Source: Octopus sinensis
Lineage: Eukaryota
NCBI RefSeq assembly: GCF_006345805.1
Contig: NC_043006.1
Location: 51,026,001 to 51,090,000 of the forward strand
Reading direction: 5' to 3'
Length of the DNA stretch: 64,000 nt
Shown here: in pieces, positions 37,562 to 49,329 of the stretch
Numbering within the stretch: position 1 is the stretch's first letter
Layout of the letters: each line of letters begins with the position of its first letter
The notes under the pieces: generated by a model
What the model saw: the letters and a program-made list of their open reading frames with translations, nothing else
Databases searched by the model: none
What the model was told of the DNA's origin: nothing
Position numbers and translations under genes: made by a program

Positions 37562-38365
37562 AGGCGCAGGAGTGGCTGTGTGGTAAGTTTTTGGAAGCAC
37601 TCCGTCGGTTACGACGACGAGGGTTCCGGTTGATCCGACCAACGGAACAGCCTGCTCGTGAAATTAACGTGTAAGTGGCTGAGCACTCCACAGACACGTG
37701 TACCCTTAACGTAGTTCTCGGGGATATTCAGCGTGACACAGAGAGTGACAAGGCCGGCCCTTTGAAATACAGGTACAACTGAAACAGGAAGTAAGAGTGA
37801 GAGAAAGTTGTGGTGAAAGAGTATAGTAGGGATCACCACCATCCCCTGCCGGAGCCTCATGGAGATTTTAGGTGTTTTCGCTCAATAAACACTCACAACG
37901 CCCGGTCTGGGAATCGAAACCGCGATCCTACGACCGCGAGTCCGCTGCCCTAACCACTGGCCATTGTGCCTCCACTGTGTGGTAAGTAGCTTGCTTACAA
38001 ACCACATGGTTCCGGGTTCAGTCCCACTGCATGGCACCTTGGACAAGTGGCTTCTACTATAGCCACAGGCTGGCCAAAGCCTTGTCAGTGGATATGGTAG
38101 ACGGAAACTGAAAGAAGCCTATCATATATATGTATATATATGTGTGTGTGCTTGTGTGTCTATGTTTGTTCCCCCACTCCAACATCGCTTGACAACCGAT
38201 GCTGGTGTGTTTACGTTCTCATAACTTAGCGGTTCAGCAAAAAAGACCGATAGAATAAGTACTAGGCTTCCAAAGAATAGTCTTGGGGTCAATTTGCTCA
38301 ACTAAAGGCGGTGCTCCTGCATGGCCACAGTCAAATGACTTAAACAAATAAAAGAGTAAAAGAGC
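37562..38365 (+). mobile_element. SINE family A interrupted by a younger SINE
   Basis: Head 37562-37588 resumes at 37975. Confidence 0.85.
37589..37974 (-). mobile_element. Young tRNA-derived SINE, head R + tail X, with 13-bp TSD
   Basis: TSD CTGTGTGGTAAGT at 37576-37588 and 37975-37987; CpGs retained. Confidence 0.9.
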
Positions 38366-38377
38366 AAGGAAACTTAC

Positions 38378-38460
38378 CCGTTTGCCCATTTGCAGCTTTA
38401 ACATCCTCAACAAGTTTTATAACGTCCAGAATATTCTCTCCATTTATTGTTTGTAAGTCC
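38378..38460 (-). CDS. BBS5: BBS5 exon 2
   Basis: ATTACAG|(R)DLQTINGENILDVIKLVEDVKAANGQT(G)|GTAAGT, 83 nt, phase 2/1; aligns to GE.LID....EDTKGNNG. Confidence 0.92.
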
Positions 38461-38702
38461 CTGTAATTGAAATTTTATTACTCCAAGTCACATGATCTCT
38501 TTATTTTTTATTTGCTTTATTTCATTTATTTATCATTCGTCTTTTTCTCTTTCCTTGTTTCAGTCATTCGACTGCAGCCATGCAGGGGCACTGCCTTGAA
38601 AGGTTTTAGTCAAAAGGCTTTAGATCAACCACAGTACTTAATTCTGTCTGTCTCTTTTGCTGAACTACTAAGTTATAGGAACATAAACTAAACAACACCC
38701 TG

Positions 38703-38754
<52 letters not shown>

Positions 38755-39289
38755 CAGGCTTCTACATAGTCTCTGACTATCAAATTCACTCACAAGGCAT
38801 TGAATGGTCTAGAACCATAGTTGGGAACATTTGCCCAAGGTGGAACTGAACCTGAAACGATGTGGTTACAAAGCAAGCTTCTCAATCACACATATGTGCA
38901 CACACACAAACACACACACACACACACACACACATTAATAACAGTTTGACTCAGCTCTTATGATTTAAAGTTTCATGGACTCATAGGATGAACCAATTAC
39001 ATCAGACACCTAGAGAAGAGTAACAGGTTTTGAAAGAAATTCAAGATATTAAGCCTCTACTAGTCAGTTTAGGGCATGTGGAATTAATACTGTTATGCCT
39101 GCTTAGACAATATTGCTTCAAACATCACACACTACAATAGGCACAAATGCACACACACACACACACATGACAGCCTCCAATCCATATCCCAACCTGTAAT
39201 CTACAAAATCCTACCAACTGCCCACTGGGAGGATCCTGCTTCTCAAAGGCCTTAGTCTATGGAGCCACCTTCATAGCATCTGATTGCAT

Positions 39290-39600
39290 CACAAGACACT
39301 ACATGAGAATGACAGCCAGTGATTTTAAAGAAAGCTTTAAAAAGCATATGCTATCTTTTGGATACAAGACTAAGGAAAATTGTGCCTCCCAGATCCACTT
39401 CATCAGGAGATACCATGAAAATTGGAACAACTTCCCCAGCATCAAATGGAATATCATTGACATGGCCCCTTCTTACTTGCCTGAAACTCACAACTGTCAA
39501 CTCTGTCACTGCAAGAGACTACACATACTCCACCAAACTGCAGTGTTCATCAACACAAAGAATGTTGCCAATAGAAGTATGCCCTTTTTATGAACTTTAA
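39290..39600 (+). mobile_element. Penelope-like GIY-YIG endonuclease remnant
   Basis: MTASDFKESFKKHMLSF...SIKWNIIDMAPSYLPETHNCQLC resembles the PLE endonuclease C-terminus. Confidence 0.65.
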
Positions 39601-40012
39601 GCCACTGGCAGCTGACACTCCAGAGATGCCAACCTAGGCCTGACTATCTCTACACAAGAGCAGGGTATTTAATCTCCACCACCCATATAGACCACTGTCC
39701 CAACCTTGCTGATCATCCAACCTCAATTTTAGCCAAGCACCATCAAATCTAGTACTCCCATCTAAATATTGCTACCTCTAATGTGTTCACACTCCAGTAG
39801 ATAACCATCAACAACATCCCACCCTGCCATGTGTACAATGAACTGATGTTGCTACATACACTATATCACAGTTCCCCACTATAGAGGCAACAGCTCCTTG
39901 GTAACATTCTACCTGAGCATGAGGGCCTAAAAATTAAGAAAAAATTTATGCTACTTCGGCAGCATTAACACCACATGACTTAAGCTGACCAATAGAGGCC
40001 AAACATCAAAAG

Positions 40013-40405
40013 CCATTATTTACATTTGACGGATATTTGTCCTCATCTTGTTTGTTGTTCGGCTGATATACCTCCAGCCTTCTTCAGGTATCTTGGCGAA
40101 ATTAACCACTACGCCATATGCCCATGGGCATATGGCGTAGTGGTTAAGAGCTCGGGCTACTAACCCCAAGATTCCGAGTTTGATTCCAAGCAGTGACCTG
40201 AACAATAATAATAATAATAACATCGAAAAATACCTTAGGAATGAGAACCCAGGTTCAAAATTTCCCCAAGACACCTGAAGAAGGCTGGAGGGTATATCAG
40301 ACGAATGTTTGTGTTAACAACAAATAAGATGAGGACAAATATCCGTCTAATGTTAGTAATGTAAATAATGTACATAATTCCTCATCTCTTAAATTTTGAA
40401 CTGTA
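40013..40405 (+). mobile_element. tRNA-headed, hammerhead-bearing SINE-like element, copy D, with inverted 5' duplication (copy C)
   Basis: Inverted tail piece 40013-40101, perfect 46-bp palindrome 40102-40147, then body and tail. Confidence 0.85.
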
Positions 40406-41771
40406 TTATCTAAAAGCCATCTTGAAATTGTCTCAAAACCCATCACTCTTCTCTAGATATCTGATGAGACAGGTTCGTTCTATCTACAAATCTTTAAGTC
40501 ATATGGTGTTGAGTCAAATTGTTATTATAAATTATATGCAACTTCTATCAAATGTATTGAGCGCCAAGCAAAAATCAGTCAGTCACCAGTCGGTGACGAC
40601 TGAACCAAGTAGTCACTTGGCAACAACTGAACAAGGCAGCTCGTGACAACTCAATTAGTTAGGGAACAGACTGCTAGAATCATGATCACAAGGAATACCT
40701 CTACTAAATATAATGGTCAGCGAGATAAATGAAAATTACAGTCAGCAACTTTGAGACAACACCCTACCATTCTCTCTAGCTCTAATTCTGTTCTCTTACA
40801 ACAACATTCTATCGCTATCTGTGGATTTCTACAAACTATTCGTATACGCCAAACTATGTAAAGAAACATTCTACTACATCTAACTTTCTTTCGCATGCTT
40901 TTTGATTTATCATAACCTGCCCGTCGAGGCAAGGTATTGTAACGTAATGGTAAATACTTTCTTGAAACTTCATGCATTGTTCATCTTTCACATCTTAGAA
41001 TATTCTGTTATAACAACAATATTTCCCGTTACACATCTTTGGTCACGAGAGTTGACCCAAGGTTATGATAAAACTACTTTCTGAAGATGCCACAACAGGA
41101 GCATCACACCTAGCATTTCATGGTTGCAAACCAAACTTCTTAACCATGCAGTTAAACCTGCATTACCTTAGTTCATCAAATTTTCATTAAGGAATGCTAC
41201 TATTTCTTGACGAGTGTCATACACAGAAGAAGATCAACATATACTGTATTTTTATCTTTGCTGTGTTTGGTTTCATAATATGAAAATTATATTCCACATG
41301 GTTGACTGACCTGCTAAATACAGTAGCCAAATCTCCCTCAAATCACACCTTAACCGTCCTAAGAAAAGAAAAGACACATTGAACAATGTAGTTAGTTTAT
41401 TACCTGAAAGAGAAAATAAAAAGATATAATGATCACGACTTGAATGCTTTTAGTAAAGGTAGGTCTGCTTAATGATGGCTCACCTGGTGTTGGTCAACGG
41501 CAGCTACTTGGAATTAAGAGCCATTGTTTGTCATTTCTAATTTACCTTTTCTGGAATGTTAGTGGTAACAGGTCTGTGCTCTTCAACTGTCAAGTCATTT
41601 TAGAACAAAAACAAAAGAAAGTCTCTCTCTCTCTCTCACTCTCTCCGACAATATATCTGCACATTGTCTTTTGCTTCAAATAAATAATTCAAACAATAAC
41701 ATTAAAAATAACCAGTAATTATCCTTTTTCAACAGCTTAATGTAATTTGTCACATGTCAACATACACTTAC

Positions 41772-41827
41772 CGCGATGGTAAATCAAATCTGGTTTGTCT
41801 GTGTTGCCAAACTAACGATGTCGCCAT
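41772..41827 (-). CDS. BBS5: BBS5 exon 1
   Basis: ATG-MATSLVWQHRQTRFDLPS(R)|GTAAGT, 56 nt; aligns to LWEDRDVRFDL. The 12 exons sum to 1020 nt with all phases consistent. Confidence 0.92.
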
Positions 41828-41865
41828 TCCCTTCTTTCCTTTTCTTTTCTTTTATGCGTGTAAGC

Positions 41866-41879
41866 GTTGTTATAGCAAC
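41866..41879. promoter_or_regulatory. RFX X-box
   Basis: GTTGTTATAGCAAC fits the X-box consensus GTHNYY-AT-RRNAAC; 39 nt upstream of the BBS5 ATG. A weaker palindrome GTCCCCATGGGTAC is at 41898-41911. Confidence 0.8.
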
Positions 41880-42749
41880 GGTGTGAGGTGAGCAGTAGTC
41901 CCCATGGGTACATAGTTCCTGTATAACCAAAGCGATTTAATCTCTGCACTTAAAATCACACCTTAGTATACTAGTAATAGGGAGGACCCATTTTGGATAA
42001 TGTAATCCTGAATATATAAAAGGACGAAAGCGTCTTCGATTATAGTTTTTGCCAGTCTCGGGCTAGTCTGAAGCTAAACCTCACGAAAAGATAAAATGTT
42101 TTGTTTGTTGTTTTTATTATTATTATTATTATTAGTAGTAGTAGTAGTAGTAGGAGGAGGAGGAGGAGTAGTAGTAGTTGTTGTTGTTGTTGTTCTTTAT
42201 AATCAAGTTTAACAATGATGAAATAAAACAAAAACAAAGCCCTCGTGTGCTCTAAACCAGGTTAGAAGACACCTGCTGCTTTGTTCCCACGAATGTGACA
42301 GCAGGATATACCTTTGATCCTTAGATCCATTATAAAAGTTTGCTTTTATAATGAAGCCCAAAGGATAGAAAATCCCTCATGTCATCTAAGCCAGGTTTTT
42401 AAAAAATTTGGTGCAATTACCTGATGATATACGTTCAGCAATGTAGTGCATACGAAACCAAGACACAATCACTTGACAATGTTCCTAACTTGGCGAATGT
42501 GTGGCTTTGTGCCAATGTATGAAATCATAATTAATTATTAATTAGAGAGTAATTTGGGAAGGTGAAACTAATCTGCAATAAACACAACAATTAAGTTAAT
42601 TGGTGTAAATTAGTTTTGTGTCATAACGGCAAACTGTAGCGTAAAGTAAGCACTGCGAAAACAGTAACGCCGTTAGTGGGAATTGGTTTAATGAGTTATT
42701 GTGTAATATCGGATCAAACCTTGTGTTGGTAGTGGTTTGACCTGCTAGA

Positions 42750-43560
42750 AACAACAGTCATATCTTCCCCAAAGTTACACTTGTATAAAACCTACTATCT
42801 TTAAATGGAAGGATACACTGGATAGTGTAATCCCCGATGCTATGCCGGGATAACAGGAGGGTGATCAACGTTGAGTGATTTATAAGCCATTTTAACTTTC
42901 GCCAACTGATAAATACCAGTCCACTCCTGCCCCAATAATAGTGAACTTTTTTTGTCCTCCTCATCTCTATTAATGTGAAGAATAAAACAGCTTGCATCCA
43001 TATAATTCTATATTTTACCAAGCCGTTGCTTAAATTTAAAAAGTCTGACACCGATCTTTTTTTAATCGCTTCCTCCTTTCGATCCTCACAGTCTCATTTA
43101 GGTGAGTAAGGGACTGGTTTTCTCTATGAGAAGCACTACATTAGGCAGTGTAGCACTAGTTGAACGATCAATAAAAGAAAAAAACGGACGCTTTGATTGC
43201 TGCAGAACCCTTTATTTGCACATCTGCGCAGCTAGAATTGATCAGGGAGAAAATAGTAGCGACGATTTCCGTTGTTGTTGTGCAGTGTCTTAATTTGCGT
43301 GGGTGTTAACCACTTTATTTGATTGATGGCTACATCCTTGTCAAATTGTGTCTACTCAATCAAGACCAGCCAGATCAAGCAGTATCACTTCGGTCTATAA
43401 CTACATCCTCTTCCCTTTCTACCTCTTCTATAACATCCAATCATTATTCCCATCTAAAGCAATTAGTCAACGAGTGCTTGTCACTTCACCTAGTTCTAGT
43501 TTCTCAACCTAAGTGTGTGCTCAACAAAATTTCAAAATTCCTTAGTGTTGTTAGGTTAGC
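42750..43560 (-). mobile_element. Highly degenerate LINE RT fragment
   Basis: Remnants resembling YRPI, FIDxSxA (FSFIDRSTSA) and the NGxPQG region (LNLSNGLVK). Confidence 0.5.
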
Positions 43561-44454
43561 AACAATAACCACTGGTTATTGTTGCTAACCTAACACGCAC
43601 ATATATATATGTGTGTTTTCGAATTCTGCGTACCGAACAACTCTGAGACGGAATTGATTATTACAAATAAAACATCAACGCGAAGTTCATAAAATGTCAT
43701 CACCGCCATTTACTTTATTAATGAATTTAGGTAAAAAAAAAGTCACAGGGGCTTCGTCCGTGGGGGTTATTGTCCGGATTCCATAAATTAATTGTGACTT
43801 TTTTCCGGGCACCATTGTGACTTTTTTTCCTGTGATTTTTCCTAGCCAAAATTGTGACTTAATTACCGGTCACTACTGGCTTCAAATTTTGGCAGAAGGT
43901 CAGAGGTAAGTCGATTAACGACCTCGAAAAAAAGAAAGACAAAGTCAACTCCAGCGGGATTTGAACTCAGAACATAGAGACAGACAGAATACCACTTAGC
44001 ATTTGCGCCCCGGCATGCCAACGATTCTGCCAACTCGCCGCCTTGCAAACGGTAAATAATTAAGTCACTTTAATTAATCTTAGTGGTCACAGGCTTCCTC
44101 GTAAATAGTCGACAAAACTGTAAGGTATGGTGTATTATATACATAAATCATACTATAAAATAGTAATTTACTCTGTGTAATTAATCTTAGCAGTCATTTT
44201 ATGTAACATGGTGTTTTATTTGTATAAGTCGCTTCCGTTTTGACAATGACATTCAGTATGTACACATTTCAGAGCAAATGGTATATGTATACATATACAT
44301 GTGTGTGTGTGTGTGTGTGTGGTGTGTGTGTGTGTAATGGCTCTGACGAAAGTAGCATTAATTTTCTTAGGTCATTCAGTTGATTAATAGAGCAACTGAG
44401 TAAACCTATCAGTAATGTGTGTGTGAGTGTATATATATATATATATATATATAG

Positions 44455-44778
44455 TGAGGGCGCGTGGCTTAGTGGTTAGGGCATTCGGCTCATGATCGTA
44501 AGGTTGTGAGTTCGATTCCCGGCGACGCGTTGTGTCCTTGAGCAAGACACTTTATTTCACGTTGCTCCAGTCCACTCAGCTGGCAAAAATGAGTTGTACT
44601 TGTATTTCAAAGGGTCAGCCTTGTCACTCTCTGTGTCACGCTGATTATCCCCGAGAACTACGTTAAGGGTACACGTGTCTGTGGAATGCTCAGCCATTTG
44701 CACGTTAATTTCACGAGCAAGCTGTTCCGTTGATCGTATCAGCTGGGACCCTCGTCGTCGTAACCGGCGGAGTCTTTT
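44455..44778 (+). mobile_element. Young tRNA-derived SINE, head H + tail X
   Basis: GAGGGCGCGTGGCTTAGTGG...GAGTTCGATTCC, CORE/Meta-like TGTGTCCTTGAGCAAGACACTT, tail shared with 37589-37974. Confidence 0.9.
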
Positions 44779-44834
44779 AATACAATATATAGTATATATA
44801 AATATATATATATATTAATATATATATATAATAT

Positions 44835-44882
<48 letters not shown>

Positions 44883-44896
44883 ATATTATATATATC

Positions 44897-44929
<33 letters not shown>

Positions 44930-45937
44930 TAATATATATATATGTTAATAAAATAGAACATATGCATATATATAAACATATATGTACGTACCTACCTCTA
45001 CATGTACATATACACGCATATATGTGTACAGGACACCAAAAAGACGTCGAACACATAGAGAGACGAAACACATAGACACAAACCAAGGAACAAGACAAGC
45101 AAAAAAAAGAGATACAGGACAATAAGCACAACGAAAAATCCCCTTCTTCAGTCGCTAAGGTTTCATCTACTAAACGTTTCGAAGGATAAAAGCGAGACGT
45201 ATACTTCGAAGAAAACTTCCTTCCCGCGAAAAGCAAATCAATTAAAATTCTGAGATCTTTTCGCAGAGGGGTAAAAAAAAGCAAGACGGTAACGACAGTA
45301 CAAACATATAAACAGTAAAAAATATATATATAAACAGTGGAAAAATAAATATATAACAGTGAGAGACAGGACAAGGAGAACAAGATAAGAAGGGCTGTTA
45401 ACGCCAGACGAAAAAAGTATTGCAAACGCTGGATTATCGTGGACGACGAGAGAGAGAAAATGTGTCGACCAGTAGCCTTACAAGGCGGGCGAGAAAAGAC
45501 AGGATAGCAGTTACGACGGAAGTATCGTCGCAGATGGACGACGGGAATGGGGGAGGAGGAGCAAGAGGAAGAGAGAGAAGAAGGGGAATGGTGCGAGGAG
45601 ACCATGAAGAATGGTGAAAGGGAGAGAGAGAATGAAGAATGAGAGAGAGAGGAAGAGACAAGTTAAGTGAGGGAAAAAAAGACGAAATGTATATATATAT
45701 ATATATATACACACACACTCATATGTATTTGTTATAGGCTTACGGCTGTTTCAGATATGCATACCTGAAACAGATGTAAGCCAATAAGAAATAAACGTGT
45801 ATAATTTATAATTTCTGTCCATTGTGCGCATGTGAGGGAGTGGGCGTGCCTATATTATATATATATATATATATATAAAACATTATTGGTGAATTGAAGA
45901 AATGGAGCTGAACGCAGATTGAACAGAAATCGTTTTA

Positions 45938-46027
45938 TTTCATTCTACACGTGTTTCGAAAGGCACAAATTACCAAAATCCGATTGAATAATAGGACCAT
46001 ATTGTGTCTTTCTCTTCAGGAAGAAAA
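45938..46027 (-). ncRNA. Type I hammerhead ribozyme (left arm)
   Basis: Mirror of 46911-47000. Confidence 0.8.
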
Positions 46028-46910
46028 AAGGAAATCCGTTGGAAAAACAAAAACAGAACAGAGGCGGAGCAAGAACAAATCGAACTATGCTCCTAAGAGC
46101 CCATGGCGAAACTGTTTATCAGTGTATGTTGAGAACCGGTGGCTGAAGAATTCAACGGGTCAGGCATCGGTCAATCATGTGGGTGAGGGTGTATAGATGT
46201 TCTTTGTGACCGAGAACTCTTCCATATTTTGTTTGCCAGAGGCCGGATGGTAAACGGGCTTTTACAGTCGGCTTTTCGATGCCCCCATTGGCGGCGTTAC
46301 ACTTATCTGGCTTTTAAATAGCGTTTATAAATAATACCGGCACCCATAGCCCTTGGTAACAAATTCTGAAATAGCCTTTAAGATATCTACGATTAACCAC
46401 TGCAAGGGGAATTACACCTGTAAGACAAACGGGGCTTGGTTCTTTCACAGCGGGGGGTTTCCTTGACAAGGCAGGCTTAGATGAACACACACACACATAA
46501 AACATAATATATATATTTTTTTCTTTCTGCCACCCAATGGTTCTCACGGCAGTTGCCACTGACAGCCGAACGATCAAACGCACACACGTACACAAAAAAT
46601 GTTTTCTACCCCTACGCCAACACACACATATATAGAACAGTATACACACACACACGTCTCTAAGTAGATTTTTTCTCGCCCCTTATAAAACATCCAATAT
46701 TCCTTAAATAGTCAGAACTTTATTCTCGGTCACAAAGAACATCTATACACCCTCACCCACATGATTGACCGATGCCTGACCCGTTGAATTCTTCAGCCAC
46801 CGGTTCTCAACATACACTGATAAACAGTTTCGCCATGGGCTCTTAGGAGCATAGTTCGATTTGTTCTTGCTCCGCCTCTGTTCTGTTTTTGTTTTTCCAA
46901 CGGATTTCCT

Positions 46911-47000
46911 TTTTCTTCCTGAAGAGAAAGACACAATATGGTCCCATTATTCAATCGGATTTTGGTAATTTGTGCCTTTCGAAACACGTGTAGAATGAAA
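46911..47000 (+). ncRNA. Type I hammerhead ribozyme (right arm)
   Basis: TTTTCTTC-CTGAAGA-GAAAGACACAA...TTGTGCCTTTC-GAAA-CACGTG-TA-GAATGAAA: canonical core, G10.1-C11.1 pair, palindromic stem III ACACGTGT, GUA site, predicted cut after 46992. Confidence 0.8.
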
Positions 47001-47210
47001 TAAAACGATTTCTGTTCAATCTGCGTTCAGCTCCATTTCTTCAATTCACCAATAATGTTTTAATTTCAATTATCCGCACCAACGCACGGTTGCAACGCCA
47101 GATGGTTGTACCTCCAACCGTGCTGTTTACTGCTGTGATTTTTGCTACTAAGGTATCGGTTAAACTTTTGATTAATCTACTACAAGATTATTCATCTTTC
47201 TATTTCACAT

Positions 47211-47253
<43 letters not shown>

Positions 47254-49295
47254 AAGAGAGAGAGAGAGAGAGGAATGGAGAAAGAGAAGAGAGAGGGGCG
47301 CAGGCATGGCTGTGTAGATGAGGAACTTGCTTCCCAACCATGTGCTCTTGATACCTTAGGCATTGGCTCGGATGCCCAAACCCTTGTGGTTGGGTAGACG
47401 GAAGCTAAAAGAATATATATATATAATAACAAAATAATATATAAACATATGCATACATACATGTTCATATCTACATCTATATGTATATATGCATGCATAT
47501 ATGGGTACAGGACACCAAAAAATCGTTGAACACAATGAGAAACGAAAACAAAAACAAAAACATGGAAACAGACTTTTTTTCAAACAACGAAAAAACACAG
47601 TACAAGATATACAACACAAGGAATATTCCCCTTCTTCAGTTGTCCCTGTTTAATCTACTCCACGTTTCGAAGGTAAGGACAAGACGCGACTTCATATATA
47701 TATATATATATAATTGGAACAAAAACGCAACAGAGGGCATCAAAACATTCGGACAGGTAGGCGATACAAAGACGGACAAGAGAAACAGCAATTAGAAGGA
47801 CAGGCGAAAAAAGACGGGTCATTCATGGCTTTCTTTCCTCAGTCAAGTTCCTGAAGTCACGACTATTTCGGACAGTCACACTTGAGATGGTTCGATCTGG
47901 TTGCCCCCAAAAAAGTCTAAGCTAAGAGCATTAGACCCCTTTGTAAGAAAGCTAGCGAATGTGTATGGCAACAAAGACAAAAGAACAACCAAACATAAAA
48001 ACAGAGAACAAGGTACACAATTACGAATACAAACAACAAGAAATAACAACAGGTGTCTTTCGACTGAGAACGAATCAAATTGAGCTGGCATGTATGAAGT
48101 GAAAACCTAAAGGCAGGAACATAGGAGATGGACATAAGAGATGCTGGCGGTCGGCAGGCAGGCCAAGAAAGAAAGATCATGGCAGGCCGGATACCGGTCA
48201 CGTGGAAGGAGGAGAGATGGGTAGGGGCAGCGGAATTGAAGGATTAGAAAAAAATCAGAGACAAAGAGAAAGGTAGAGAGGAGATAAACGAGTGGGAAAT
48301 AGTGGGAGTTAAAGAAAGAGAGGAGCAAAAATGTGAGAGAGGGTGAGCGAGAAAAAAGAAGAAAAATGAGAGGTGGAATAAAAGATAGAGTAAGAGTCAT
48401 ACAAAATTTAGATACATACCAACGATAAGGTGAACATAAGGGTGTACGTACGTCGCTATATATATATATATTAAGAACAATCTTACTTAGAAATGGATGC
48501 GTGCGTTCCGTCATATAATAAATTAATAAATAAAACATGCATATATACATACATATATGTACGTACCTACCTCTACATGTATATATACATGCATATATGG
48601 GTACAGGACACCAAAAAAACGTCGAACACAAGGAGAAACGAAAATATAAACACGTGTTTATGTCTTCGTTTCTCATTGTGTTCGACGTTTTTTATTTATT
48701 TATTAATTATTATATATATATATATATATAATATATATATAATATATATATATATATTATATATATATATAAATGGAACAAAAATGCAATAGAGAACATT
48801 AAAACATTTGGACAGATAGATGATACATAGACGGACAATAACAATTAGAATGACAAACAAAAAAAAAAGACGGGTCATTCGTGGCTTTCTTTTCTCAGTT
48901 TAATTCCAGAAGTCACGACCATTTTGGGCAGTCACACTTGAGATGGTTCGATCTGGTTGCCCCACAAAAAGTCAAAGCTAAGAGCATTAGGCCCCTTTGT
49001 TAGAAAGCTAGCAAATGTGTATGGCAACAAAGACAGAAAAACAAGCAAACAAAAAAAAAACGGAGGGCTGGGTATCCGTGTGCATGTGTATATTTATGCA
49101 TGTGCCTTTGTGTTAGCGCTTGTTTGACTAAATCCTTCAAAATTTTGCCCCGGTATGCCCGCAGTCCAATGACCTAAAATAGAAAAATAAGAATATATAT
49201 ATATATATATATATATATAATAAAGTATTGATTGGGTATCATCTGTTGGTTGATGTTTGATTGATTTAAGTATGTTTCTCCATTTTCTAATTTTG

Positions 49296-49329
<34 letters not shown>

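Larger units (their letters stand above)
45876..47062. mobile_element. Young element with 340-bp near-identical inverted arms, each carrying an intact hammerhead
   Basis: Arms 45876-46216 and 46723-47062 differ, by eye, at one substitution and one homopolymer indel; 506-bp spacer. Confidence 0.85.

Noticed and set aside
43735-43870. TGTGACTT subrepeats as a CRISPR-like or regulatory array
   Set aside because: Irregular spacing in a eukaryotic context; most likely subterminal repeats of a decayed DNA transposon.
44455-44530. tRNA gene candidates (also 19619, 31070, 37900 and 40125)
   Set aside because: The A/B boxes continue into shared SINE bodies and acceptor stems are incomplete; these are SINE heads, not tRNAs.
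44886-45605. 239-aa ORF (also 48107-48676 and 57062-57649)
   Set aside because: Low-complexity Leu/Phe/Ser frames from pyrimidine-rich repeats and microsatellites.
45951-46196. 81-aa ORF duplicated in the inverted arms
   Set aside because: The other arm is frameshifted, and the sequence is explained as non-coding pLTR/HHR.
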